Shown: positions 29,998-38,300 of the stretch, one piece after another
Layout: the number at the start of each line of letters is the position of its first letter
How positions within the stretch are numbered: position 1 is the first letter of the stretch
Source of the DNA: an uncultured Clostridia bacterium
GTDB lineage: Bacteria; Bacillota; Clostridia; Christensenellales; UBA1242
Reading direction: 5' to 3'
Assembly: GCA_947062475.1 (NCBI GenBank)
Contig: CAMSQA010000001.1
Span: 815 to 64,814 of the forward strand
DNA length: 64,000 nt
Notes under the pieces: model-generated
Seen by the model: only the letters and a program-made list of their open reading frames with translations
Database searches by the model: none
Told to the model about the DNA's origin: nothing
Position numbers and translations under genes: made by a program

Positions 29998-30228
29998 ATG
30001 AAAGAAATAGCAAAGTTGTTTTATGAAAGTTATTTAAAGCATAACTATGAGGCTCACACGGCGTCCAATAATGAGTTTGATTTGGCTGAAAGAAATTTTT
30101 TGAAAGAGCTTTCCAAAGCCCAATATGATCTTTTTCTTCAATATGAAATGTATCTTATTGATCATATCGCTGATAGAGAAATCAGAATCATTGAATATAT
30201 ATTTGATTTGCTTAATCCTGAAGATTAA
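29998..30228 (+). CDS. Hypothetical small helical protein divergent from the XRE regulator
   Basis: 76 aa. GGAG RBS 8 nt upstream and a consensus promoter. No family recognised. Confidence 0.45.
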   Translation: MKEIAKLFYESYLKHNYEAHTASNNEFDLAERNFLKELSKAQYDLFLQYEMYLIDHIADREIRIIEYIFDLLNPED

Positions 30229-32501
30229 AAAATCTTGATGACAAGCACTGTCATGTCATCGACAGCATAGCCATTGTTTATTGAAAGTGCCTTTGCAAGA
30301 ATTTGGTCGGCATATTCTTGAGGATTTTGGGCTTTGACTGTCAATAGAAAATCTTTAAATTCACCGTCACTGCCAAATGCATCATTTATGCCATCAGAGC
30401 AAAGAATGATGTTGTCCTTATTTTGCAACACAATCTTTTTTGTGTATGCTTTTGCGTTATCTAATATTCCGACAGGAAGTGCTGAGCATTCAACAATCTT
30501 GCAACCCTCTTCACCTCGAACATAAGATGTAGTTGCCCCCATTTTGATAAAGTCGGCAATTCCGTCTTTGAGGTCAACAATGCATATATCAATACTTGAA
30601 AAAATGTCACTGCTTTCAAGGTTCATCAGTCTATTGACAGAGGAAAGGATTATTTCGCTTTCAAAACCAGCCTTATAAAAATTTTCAATCAGACCGATAG
30701 TTGTCTCTGCCTTTTTCCCAGCCTGAGCACCACTGCCCATTCCGTCACAAATAGCAAAGATAAATCTATCGCCATCCAGTCTTTCAATGCTATGCCTGTC
30801 TCCAGACTCACCGCCGCCACCCTTTGCAGCACTTGCAAGCCCAAAAATGCAATCATAACGTGGTGCTGTTTTCAAGTTTACAGCGACAAGCCCAGCGCGC
30901 TCTGTTGGAGTGACATCATTAATCACCATCTTGTTTCCACATATCTTTGAAGCTATTGCTTGAAGTTTCAGTTTATCAGCGTCTTCATCACGCACAACAA
31001 GAGTAGCCATCATGGTTCTGGCATCTCTTTCATAAACGACCGCATCAGTGCAGATGATATTGTTTGATGAAAGTTCATCCAAAATTCGCCTCTCACGTGC
31101 AGAATCCATGCTGATCATTGTATCAACTTCACCTGCAAGGGTTTTCATAAGCCCTGAAATACCTTCAAGCTGATCAGAAATTAAAAGTTTGCTTGTGTCA
31201 ACATTGCCTACAAGCTGAGAATATGATTTATATTGTTTTGTCAGTGTGTTTGTCTCTGAAATAAGTCTTGCTGACTGACCACAACGAGATGAAAGATAAC
31301 TTGGAAGGTCAAGAATGCTTATCTTTCCTCTCTCAAGAGATATTGCTATCAAATTCAAAAAAATTCGCCTAGTATCCTCACTGAAAGTCCTGTGACAATG
31401 TTTGTATTCAGGACAGTTTTTGCATATGGTTGACTTTATCTCTTCATAAAGCATTTCTTTGGCATCATCTTCACTTGCCCCCTGCTTGATAAGCGACCTA
31501 AAAACTGCATTCATATCATAAAAAACTTCACCCAATATATTAAGCCGCCTCTGAAGGATATCGCGGTTGCGGTTTAAAAGACACTTAACTGCACTTCTCT
31601 CTTTCTCAGTAGAAAGCAAAAGCGATAATGAATAGTAAAAGGATTTAGGGACAATCAAAAATGCTAACGCTCCAATTACCACAGGCACAAAGCCAACGAT
31701 TGTGAAAGAATAATATAGTTGAAAATAAAAGGTTATCAAAACTTCACTGACTACAATAGCACTTGCTGGAAGAATACGATTATTAAACTTAAAGGCTATC
31801 ACTGCAAGCCCCCATATGATAAATGGTGCCATAAACATTGGATTGTTTCCACTTATAAGTGCACCAAGCCCCATAAGAGAGGCAAATATCATCGTTCTGC
31901 CAGAGTTTGACACCTGCGAAATTGACAAAAGTGAAAAGGCAACAAAAAGTTTTAAAAGTGAAAAACCATAGATATCACAATTTGCAAGCCCACTTGCCAT
32001 GCTCATCAAAAGCACACCACCACACACGATTTCTGGCAGAGTAAGCTTATGATTAAAACCACGCCTCAACAGTGGCTCGAAAATAGAAAGTGCAATAAAA
32101 AGATAAAACAGCCCGACAACCAGCGACAAGACAACATAATAGATTTCCATGCCACCCAGAATGGAAAATACAATCCATGCAGTTTGACTTACAAAAGCAA
32201 AAATGAAAAGTTCCCATTTCAGCATTGGCTTTTTTATGCTTACATGAATATAGTAAGGCAAAACCAGCATAATCGCAGTGACAAGAGTGCTGATTGCACC
32301 CTCAAAAGTAAAGTTGTTTACAATAGATGCAATGATATATGCTGGTACAACCAACCATACCTTTTGATTTGCCCAAGCAAGTGCAAACATCATAGAAAAA
32401 GCAAAAGGGAATATAACACCATTTATCCCCGCCCTTGACAGCACAAAAAATATAAGCAAAAATGCAAAAAATTTTAATATGTAATTTATTTTTGATTTCA
32501 T
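30225..32501 (-). CDS. spoIIE: Stage II sporulation protein E (membrane PP2C phosphatase)
   Basis: 758 aa. About 10 N-terminal TM helices, a central regulatory region and a C-terminal PP2C domain (ICDGMGSG, CSDGI). Confidence 0.88.
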   Translation of the reverse strand: MKSKINYILKFFAFLLIFFVLSRAGINGVIFPFAFSMMFALAWANQKVWLVVPAYIIASIVNNFTFEGAISTLVTAIMLVLPYYIHVSIKKPMLKWELFIFAFVSQTAWIVFSILGGMEIYYVVLSLVVGLFYLFIALSIFEPLLRRGFNHKLTLPEIVCGGVLLMSMASGLANCDIYGFSLLKLFVAFSLLSISQVSNSGRTMIFASLMGLGALISGNNPMFMAPFIIWGLAVIAFKFNNRILPASAIVVSEVLITFYFQLYYSFTIVGFVPVVIGALAFLIVPKSFYYSLSLLLSTEKERSAVKCLLNRNRDILQRRLNILGEVFYDMNAVFRSLIKQGASEDDAKEMLYEEIKSTICKNCPEYKHCHRTFSEDTRRIFLNLIAISLERGKISILDLPSYLSSRCGQSARLISETNTLTKQYKSYSQLVGNVDTSKLLISDQLEGISGLMKTLAGEVDTMISMDSARERRILDELSSNNIICTDAVVYERDARTMMATLVVRDEDADKLKLQAIASKICGNKMVINDVTPTERAGLVAVNLKTAPRYDCIFGLASAAKGGGGESGDRHSIERLDGDRFIFAICDGMGSGAQAGKKAETTIGLIENFYKAGFESEIILSSVNRLMNLESSDIFSSIDICIVDLKDGIADFIKMGATTSYVRGEEGCKIVECSALPVGILDNAKAYTKKIVLQNKDNIILCSDGINDAFGSDGEFKDFLLTVKAQNPQEYADQILAKALSINNGYAVDDMTVLVIKIF

Positions 32502-32560
32502 TTCAATCTTGATTATAACTCGCCTCTTTCCAATTCAGATATAAATTATCTGCCATAATT

Positions 32561-32567
32561 TGACGAA
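32561..32567. promoter_or_regulatory. Spo0A-box-like heptamer TGACGAA (fits TGNCGAA) 60 nt upstream of the spoIIE start
   Basis: Sequence match only. Its offset and orientation match those of the box upstream of spoIIGA. Confidence 0.25.
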
Positions 32568-32730
32568 AAAGAGCAAAATTTTTCACATTTTATTCAATCG
32601 AAAATATTTTCTGTTTTTTTCTTTAAAACTCAAAGAAAAATCTTATCCAATAAAATCTTTTTAGTTTTGCACTTGACAATAAAAAGACCGTTATGTTAAA
32701 CTCAAGTTATAAAGTTTTAGGAGGTCAGGA

Positions 32731-33228
32731 ATGAAAGAAAAACACTATGCAACTATTTTTACAAACAAAAATGTTATTCCCACAGAAAAAACAACAAGGG
32801 TTGCAACAAATGATATCCTAGACATGACAATCCCAATTGAAGCATATCGCGTGATCACTTTTGACAGAATAATTGATGAGATTGAATATAATGGCAAGAT
32901 TTATAAAGTCGCAACAAAAAAACTCAATCATAAAATATATCATATAGGCAAATTTGAAAATCTTGATCAACTTGCAAAAAAAGATGAACTTTTTGTTAAA
33001 CTTGCAAAAAACAACAATTGTATAGGAATGGTGACTTCCTATTCAGGGCTTGAAAGCATGGTGTTTGAAGGTGAAGGAATTGTTGAAATAAAAAACAACA
33101 ATAAACATATCATTAAGGATTGCACAATGAAGGTTGATGAAATCTTTGAAAGTAAAAAAGAAGAAAAATCAAAAACCGATTCAATCAATACTTCAACAGA
33201 TGAAAATGGTGAAAATAAAGAAAATTAA
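32731..33228 (+). CDS. Hypothetical protein
   Basis: 165 aa. Strong RBS (AGGAGG) and a downstream terminator. No family recognised. Confidence 0.45.
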   Translation: MKEKHYATIFTNKNVIPTEKTTRVATNDILDMTIPIEAYRVITFDRIIDEIEYNGKIYKVATKKLNHKIYHIGKFENLDQLAKKDELFVKLAKNNNCIGMVTSYSGLESMVFEGEGIVEIKNNNKHIIKDCTMKVDEIFESKKEEKSKTDSINTSTDENGENKEN

Positions 33229-33255
33229 AGAAAAATATCTATAAAAACGCAAAAA

Positions 33256-33280
33256 ATCATACATTTTGTATGATTTTTTT
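33256..33280. terminator. Bidirectional rho-independent terminator
   Basis: ATCATAC/GTATGAT hairpin flanked by A-runs and T-runs. Confidence 0.55.
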
Positions 33281-33318
33281 ATTTTTTAAACTGATTTTTG
33301 TCAAATAATTTAAATTGG

Positions 33319-33873
33319 TTATCTTTTGCAGTCAATAAAATTTAATATTGTATCAATTGTTTTTTCCATGTCAATGTTTTCAACAACAAGGTCAAATTCA
33401 GGTTTATATGAACGTTCCAACACGCTTCTTGAAAGCCTCTTTTCAATGTCCTCTTCGCTGTCACCTCTTGCCTTCAAACGTGCTTTCAAGACATCATCTG
33501 GCGCGTCAAGAAAAATTGTGACTATTTTATCTCTTCCAAAAAATTTGCGTAAATTGACCATGCCTTTTACATCGATATCTCTGATATAATTGCAAGTGTC
33601 ATCATTTTTTGCTCTCTCAAGCTGAGAAAGAATAGTCCCATAATAATTGCCATGCACAAGCTCATATTCAAAAAACTTGCCTTCATCAATTTCTTTTTTA
33701 AAATCCTGTTCACTCATATAGAGATAGATATTAAAAACTTTATCACTTTCACGAGGTTGACGAGTTGTAGCCGAAGAACGATCAAGCACTTTGAAATCTT
33801 CTCTTCTTTTCACAATTTCATTTATAATAGTGTTTTTGCCACTTGATGAAACCCCGCTAAAAGCAACAAACAT
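33319..33873 (-). CDS. gmk: Guanylate kinase family protein
   Basis: 184 aa. P-loop GVSSSGKNT, SATTRQPRE, and YYGT after FFEYELVHGN. It is not adjacent to rpoZ, so it could be a paralogue. Confidence 0.65.
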   Translation of the reverse strand: MFVAFSGVSSSGKNTIINEIVKRREDFKVLDRSSATTRQPRESDKVFNIYLYMSEQDFKKEIDEGKFFEYELVHGNYYGTILSQLERAKNDDTCNYIRDIDVKGMVNLRKFFGRDKIVTIFLDAPDDVLKARLKARGDSEEDIEKRLSRSVLERSYKPEFDLVVENIDMEKTIDTILNFIDCKR

Positions 33874-33974
33874 ATTTCCTCCGTCGTTTTCTTTATATTA
33901 TCATAAAATTTTGAAATAATCAACAAGATGACTTAAATATTAAAAATTTAAAAAATTTGCAGAGAAAATATTTT

Positions 33975-34670
33975 TTACATCTCAAAATATGAAATCACAC
34001 CAGCTAAAATTGAATAGCAAAATTTCTGGCAATAATTCTTATCTTTTAAAAGCTTTTCTTCTTTGGGATTTGATAAGAAACCACATTCAATTAATATTGC
34101 TGGCATTTGTGCTGTATTGATTACAAAATAGTCACCAACTGAAACATAGCCTCTTGCACTCTCAAAAACTTTACAAACACTTGTCTGAACACTCTTTGCA
34201 AGATTAAAGCCACCGCCACTTCCTTTAGCATAAAAAATTTGTGCTCCTTCACTTGAAGAAAGAGGAAAAGAATTCATATGAATGCTGACCATAACATCTG
34301 CACCACTATTATTAATAATCCGTTTTCTCCTTTCCATTTCGCTTTTCTTTTTGTTTGGGGCATTATCATCATAAAGCCCATTCATGTCGCTTCGAGTGAG
34401 GACAGCTTTAATTCCAAAATCTTCACAGAGTTTTGCAAGCTGCTTTGCATACATGAGATTAAGTTCGCTTTCTGTCACACCAGTAGAAACGCCAATCGCT
34501 CCCCCATCCCTTCCGCCATGCCCCGCGTCAATGACAATAGTATGCGTATATCTTGGCATGGCAGAAGCCTTAATGGTATAATAGGCACCAAATAATCCAC
34601 ATAAGCAAATTACAATAAACAAAAAAATCACAATTGTCTTTTTTTTAATAGTCAAAAATTTCACTTTCAT
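33975..34670 (-). CDS. cwlD: N-acetylmuramoyl-L-alanine amidase, CwlD-like (Amidase_3)
   Basis: 231 aa. N-terminal TM helix, IDAGHGGRDGGA, SIHMN, ECGFLSN. Confidence 0.75.
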   Translation of the reverse strand: MKVKFLTIKKKTIVIFLFIVICLCGLFGAYYTIKASAMPRYTHTIVIDAGHGGRDGGAIGVSTGVTESELNLMYAKQLAKLCEDFGIKAVLTRSDMNGLYDDNAPNKKKSEMERRKRIINNSGADVMVSIHMNSFPLSSSEGAQIFYAKGSGGGFNLAKSVQTSVCKVFESARGYVSVGDYFVINTAQMPAILIECGFLSNPKEEKLLKDKNYCQKFCYSILAGVISYFEM

Positions 34671-34712
34671 AATTATATATTATTTGACAGATTTTGCAAT
34701 TATCACAAAAAA

Positions 34713-34779
34713 TTGTCAGTCATCATTGATTTTTGAAATTTTCAACCCCTATAATTACCTGCAAAGGAGAATAAGATGA
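34713..34779 (+). repeat. Copy 1 of a 67-bp promoter/RBS/start cassette
   Basis: 65/67 identical to 35851-35917. The mismatches are at 34756 and 34759. Confidence 0.9.
34726..34755 (+). promoter_or_regulatory. Sigma-A-type promoter TTGATT-18-TATAAT within repeat copy 1
   Basis: Hexamers read directly. The AAAGGAG RBS and ATG at 34776 follow. Confidence 0.5.
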
Positions 34780-35348
34780 ATATATTAGAGCTAATAGGCA
34801 ATTTCTTAAAATTGAATCTGGGGATTCCTTGCGATTGCTGGGCTATACGAAGAAGCCGAAGTAAAAAAAATATTGAAACGTGCAAAGGAGAAGCAACCTA
34901 TGACGAAGCAACCAATACTTGTGCACATTGTGTAGCATTAAACCAAACAATATTTAAAGGAAACAATCTGCCTATGTTTAAACATTTTCGTTGCAAATGC
35001 CTATGGATACCTACACAGTTAAATAATGTTATACTCGACTTTCCTCAAGATAAAATCACAAAATACTTATTATATGAACCAAATAAATTTGCAATGATGA
35101 GAAGCATGGGTTATAATAAAGAAAATGCAAATGAAATATATGAAAAGATTTCAAAAGAAGTTTCAAAAGGATTTCTTAATAATCAATATCAATTAAAATC
35201 TTTTAATAATCATGGCCAACATATTCAAATAAATTTTATTCTAGACGGCAAAAATGAACATTCTCATGAGCTATTCAACTGTCACACTGGTTGTGTTGTT
35301 TGGCCAAACGGCAAAATAAAAATTGCAACACCATTAATAAAAGATTAA
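34776..35348 (+). CDS. Truncated MuF (SPP1 gp7) C-terminal tip fused to a DUF6883-like domain; putative orphan toxin module
   Basis: 190 aa. TCAHCVALNQTIF...LP.FKHFRCKCLWIP matches the C-terminal end of phage MuF/gp7 head-morphogenesis domains. The C-terminal half (KITKYLLYEPNK...GY...W....P) resembles DUF6883. Confidence 0.5.
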   Translation: MNILELIGNFLKLNLGIPCDCWAIRRSRSKKNIETCKGEATYDEATNTCAHCVALNQTIFKGNNLPMFKHFRCKCLWIPTQLNNVILDFPQDKITKYLLYEPNKFAMMRSMGYNKENANEIYEKISKEVSKGFLNNQYQLKSFNNHGQHIQINFILDGKNEHSHELFNCHTGCVVWPNGKIKIATPLIKD

Positions 35349-35360
35349 AGGAGGAAAAAT

Positions 35361-35696
35361 ATGAAATGGTTAGATCAAGTAAGAGTAACTGTCAGCAAAA
35401 AAAAATATGAAAAGGAAGGTGTTTTTAAAGGAGCAATAGGAACTATAATTTTATCGGAAATTAGATATAATCAATTTGAAGTTGTTTTCTCAAATCCAGA
35501 CGGAAGTGATTATGCTGAAATAGAAATAAATGTTTCAGATTTAGAATTAGTAAAAGACAATGGACTTTCAGATCAATCAATTTTACAGGACCTTCCCAAA
35601 CATGATCCACATTGGTGGTGCAAAGTTGAAGATGGATATATCTTGAATCTCTTAGGCGAAAAGAAAAACAAAATCCCCTATGACTACAATTCTTAA
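35361..35696 (+). CDS. DUF4926-like protein (putative cognate antitoxin/immunity)
   Basis: 111 aa. LDQVRVTVS...GAIGTIIL...FEVVFSNPDGSDYAEIEINVSDLELV fits the DUF4926 pattern. AAAGGAGG RBS, 12 nt after the upstream stop. Confidence 0.5.
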   Translation: MKWLDQVRVTVSKKKYEKEGVFKGAIGTIILSEIRYNQFEVVFSNPDGSDYAEIEINVSDLELVKDNGLSDQSILQDLPKHDPHWWCKVEDGYILNLLGEKKNKIPYDYNS

Positions 35697-35699
35697 AAA

Positions 35700-35722
35700 C
35701 AGAGCGTTTGCTCTGTTTTTTT
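35700..35722 (+). terminator. Rho-independent terminator
   Basis: CAGAGC-GTTT-GCTCTG hairpin plus a T7 run. Confidence 0.7.
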
Positions 35723-35850
35723 GTTTTCCAAATTTTCTTTTCAATAATACTAGCTTTTTAAATAAAAAAACAAACACGATTACCCTTTTATCGCCAAATT
35801 TCCATCTGAATCAGGTTGAACTTTAAAAATCATTACAAAAATGTTAAATT

Positions 35851-35917
35851 TTGTCAGTCATCATTGATTTTTGAAATTTTCAACCCCTATAATCACTTGC
35901 AAAGGAGAATAAGATGA
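35851..35917 (+). repeat. Copy 2 of the 67-bp promoter/RBS/start cassette
   Basis: 65/67 identical to 34713-34779, offset 1138 bp. Confidence 0.9.
35864..35893 (+). promoter_or_regulatory. Sigma-A-type promoter TTGATT-18-TATAAT within repeat copy 2
   Basis: Same hexamers as copy 1. The RBS and ATG at 35914 follow. Confidence 0.5.
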
Positions 35918-36651
35918 TTAAAAACGAACAATTAAGTTCGCTTTTTTCTTTTGATGATAATTATTTTGATTATGATGAAGAAAAGCGAAAGAAAAAACAA
36001 AAACTCGTGAGAAATGAGTTTGAAAAATGTGGCAAATATGGCATGCCGCTTATCAAAAGACAAAATATTGATTTAGATAGAATAGAGCTTTTAAGCTATC
36101 TTAAAACAAAGCCAGCAGATTTAGGAAACAAAAATAAAACCATTCACTTTTTTACTTACGATTGGAATTTTGAAAATGTTTATCAAAAACCAGAACAAGC
36201 ACTTGAAAAATTAGACCAATATTATGCCTTGCTCACACCCGAATTTAGCACCTATAAAGATATGCCTCTTGCAAGACAAATTGACAGTGTTTTCAAAAAT
36301 CGTTGGTGCGGTGCATTCTGGCAAAAGCAAGGAATGCTTGTCATTCCAACAATTTCTTGGGGCTCTTATGGTTGTTTTGATTTCTTTTGCGATGGCGTTG
36401 AAGAGGGCTCAATTGTGGCTGTATCAACATATACAAGAGAAGATAATAAAAAAGGTTTCATGAAAGGCTATAAAATCATGATGGAAAAAATAAAGCCATC
36501 CGCAATCATTTGTTATGGCACACCTTTTGATGAAATGAAAGGGAATATTAAGTCGATTGACCCCTATAATACAAAAGAACTTATTAAAAAAATTGGACTT
36601 GAAGAGTTTACAAGAAAATACTTAGCTGGCGAGCTTTATCCCGAAATTTAG
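35914..36651 (+). CDS. DUF4417 domain-containing protein
   Basis: 245 aa. HFFTYDWNFENVYQKP...LLTPEFSTYKDMPLARQIDSVFKNRWCGAFWQKQGMLVIPTISW matches the DUF4417 core pattern as I recall it. Confidence 0.7.
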   Translation: MIKNEQLSSLFSFDDNYFDYDEEKRKKKQKLVRNEFEKCGKYGMPLIKRQNIDLDRIELLSYLKTKPADLGNKNKTIHFFTYDWNFENVYQKPEQALEKLDQYYALLTPEFSTYKDMPLARQIDSVFKNRWCGAFWQKQGMLVIPTISWGSYGCFDFFCDGVEEGSIVAVSTYTREDNKKGFMKGYKIMMEKIKPSAIICYGTPFDEMKGNIKSIDPYNTKELIKKIGLEEFTRKYLAGELYPEI

Positions 36652-36659
36652 GAGCAAAT

Positions 36660-37478
36660 ATGGAAGAATTTAAACTATCAATAAATATTCTCCCAAAAGG
36701 AGCTTGGAACAACGATTTTAGCAAAACACTCTCTAAAAAAGATTGGGATAAACTTCGTAAATTTGCATTGAAAAGAGCAAATGGAAGATGTGAAATATGT
36801 GGATTTAAAACTCAAGAACTTGACGTCCACGAAGAATGGGATTTTGATAATGAAAAGAAAACACAAACATTAAAATATATCAAGGCAATTTGTTCTCGTT
36901 GTCATGGCGTTAAACACTTTAAAAATTCGGTCAGACTTGGCTTTGGCGAAGAAGCACAAAAGCATTTTTTGAAAGTAAACAATTGCACAGAAATGCAATT
37001 TGCGTCTCATCTTAATAAAGCACTTATTGAATATAATGAAAGAAACAAAGTTTTTCGATGGAAAATTGTCGCAGACCTAAAAAAATTTGGCGGAAGCGGC
37101 ATTAAAATCAATCAAAACGCTATTCCCCTGATAAAAAATCCTTATGAAAATATTAATTGGAATACAATATCATATAACGAAACAAAAAAACTTTTTGAAA
37201 TTACAAGAAACGACAATTTAATAGGAGCACCCAAAATTGTTTCTATTGAAGTAAATAATTATCAAGGCGAAATTCAAATTAAATCACTATTTTCTGACAA
37301 AATTGAATGGTTTTTGGATGAGCAAAAGATTAAGACAAAATATCACACTGCTGGGCTTTTCACAACCAAGCTAAAAGTAAAAGATTTGATTGGCAAGCTG
37401 TTAAATTTCAAAATAATAGGCATCGGTGGTGAAATTGTTTCTAACCCATTTGAACTTCTATCACAGGAGGTGCTATAA
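36660..37478 (+). CDS. HNH-like zinc-finger nuclease-family protein with an unknown ~150-aa C-terminal domain
   Basis: 272 aa. GRCEICG...LDVHEEWDFD...ICSRCHGVKHF has the CxxC...H...CxxCH arrangement of HNH endonucleases. TAGGAG RBS, 8 nt after the upstream stop. Confidence 0.55.
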   Translation: MEEFKLSINILPKGAWNNDFSKTLSKKDWDKLRKFALKRANGRCEICGFKTQELDVHEEWDFDNEKKTQTLKYIKAICSRCHGVKHFKNSVRLGFGEEAQKHFLKVNNCTEMQFASHLNKALIEYNERNKVFRWKIVADLKKFGGSGIKINQNAIPLIKNPYENINWNTISYNETKKLFEITRNDNLIGAPKIVSIEVNNYQGEIQIKSLFSDKIEWFLDEQKIKTKYHTAGLFTTKLKVKDLIGKLLNFKIIGIGGEIVSNPFELLSQEVL

Positions 37479-37771
37479 TGGGAATGTGTAAATCAAGTGG
37501 CGGAATAAGTTCTCAAGTGGGAAGAGTTGGCTCGTTACCAAGAATATCGCTACCAAACACAAGAATTGATTTATATGATGAAAATGGGAATCTATTACAG
37601 CAAGGATGGTATGGTCCAGACGGCAGAATAATATGGTATCGTGATTGGTCACATGGTGCTGGGCCACATGAATGGCCTCATGACCATTATGTTAATTGGG
37701 ATAATTCTAAAAAACCTAGACCGCCTTATATTGGTCCTAATGGCGAAAAAACCAATCCAAATTATTGTTGA
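37478..37771 (+). CDS. Small His/Pro/Trp-rich protein with a YD-repeat-like segment
   Basis: 97 aa. Its start overlaps the upstream stop (TAATG) and is preceded by AGGAGGTG. IDLYDENGNLLQQGWYGPDGRII resembles an Rhs/YD repeat and is followed by HGAGPHEWPHDH. Confidence 0.5.
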   Translation: MGMCKSSGGISSQVGRVGSLPRISLPNTRIDLYDENGNLLQQGWYGPDGRIIWYRDWSHGAGPHEWPHDHYVNWDNSKKPRPPYIGPNGEKTNPNYC

Positions 37772-37783
37772 AAGGAGTATAGT

Positions 37784-38251
37784 ATGGAAAACAAAAATAT
37801 AAAAGATAAAATTTATGAAAAAAAATGTGAAGTTTGTGGAAAAACAACAAAAGTTGATATTTACGAACAAGGAAAATGTAAATATTGCGGATGGTTTAAT
37901 TGTTTTCTTAATGAAGAAAATCCTAACATTGTTGCTTTGCCTAATACTCTTTCCCTCAATAGAGCTCGACAACTTTTTAAAGAAGGAAAACCTTTTGACC
38001 TAGACTTAAATGATTTCATTGAAGCGTTGTATAGTTATGGTGAAATGCAGTTTGAATACAATGGAACATATTATGCAGTTGAACTCGTCGGAAAGAATAA
38101 AGATGAAATCAATATTCAACTTTATAACTCAAAAACAAAAGAAATGTCAATTTATAAAGATGAAACAGATTTTAAAAACAATGCAAAAGTCGAAGGAAAA
38201 CTTTTAAGAGATGTTTGGGACGAAACAACTGACAGATATTGGTTGCAATAA
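37784..38251 (+). CDS. CPCC-family cysteine-rich zinc-ribbon protein with a C-terminal domain of unknown function
   Basis: 155 aa. CEVCG...CKYCGW...PNTLSLNRARQLFKEGKP resembles the Cys_rich_CPCC domain. AAAGGAG RBS, 12 nt after the upstream stop. Confidence 0.55.
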   Translation: MENKNIKDKIYEKKCEVCGKTTKVDIYEQGKCKYCGWFNCFLNEENPNIVALPNTLSLNRARQLFKEGKPFDLDLNDFIEALYSYGEMQFEYNGTYYAVELVGKNKDEINIQLYNSKTKEMSIYKDETDFKNNAKVEGKLLRDVWDETTDRYWLQ

Positions 38252-38300
38252 ATGTTTACAATTTCAACACAATAAAAAACAAAAATATGGTGATACACAA

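Noticed and set aside
37649-37972. 107-aa minus-strand ORF spanning the junction of the YD-like and CPCC genes (also 37473-37667 and 36678-36866).
   Set aside because: They are antisense to a tightly coupled plus-strand operon with strong RBSs. The products are Phe/Ile-rich junk typical of the complement of AT-rich coding sequence.
38211-38300. The N-terminal 30 codons of the listed ORF 38211-38441 as a genuine coding start.
   Set aside because: This part overlaps the end of the CPCC gene in another frame and reads as non-protein-like sequence. Only the distal part shows ankyrin similarity, so it is treated as a gene remnant.
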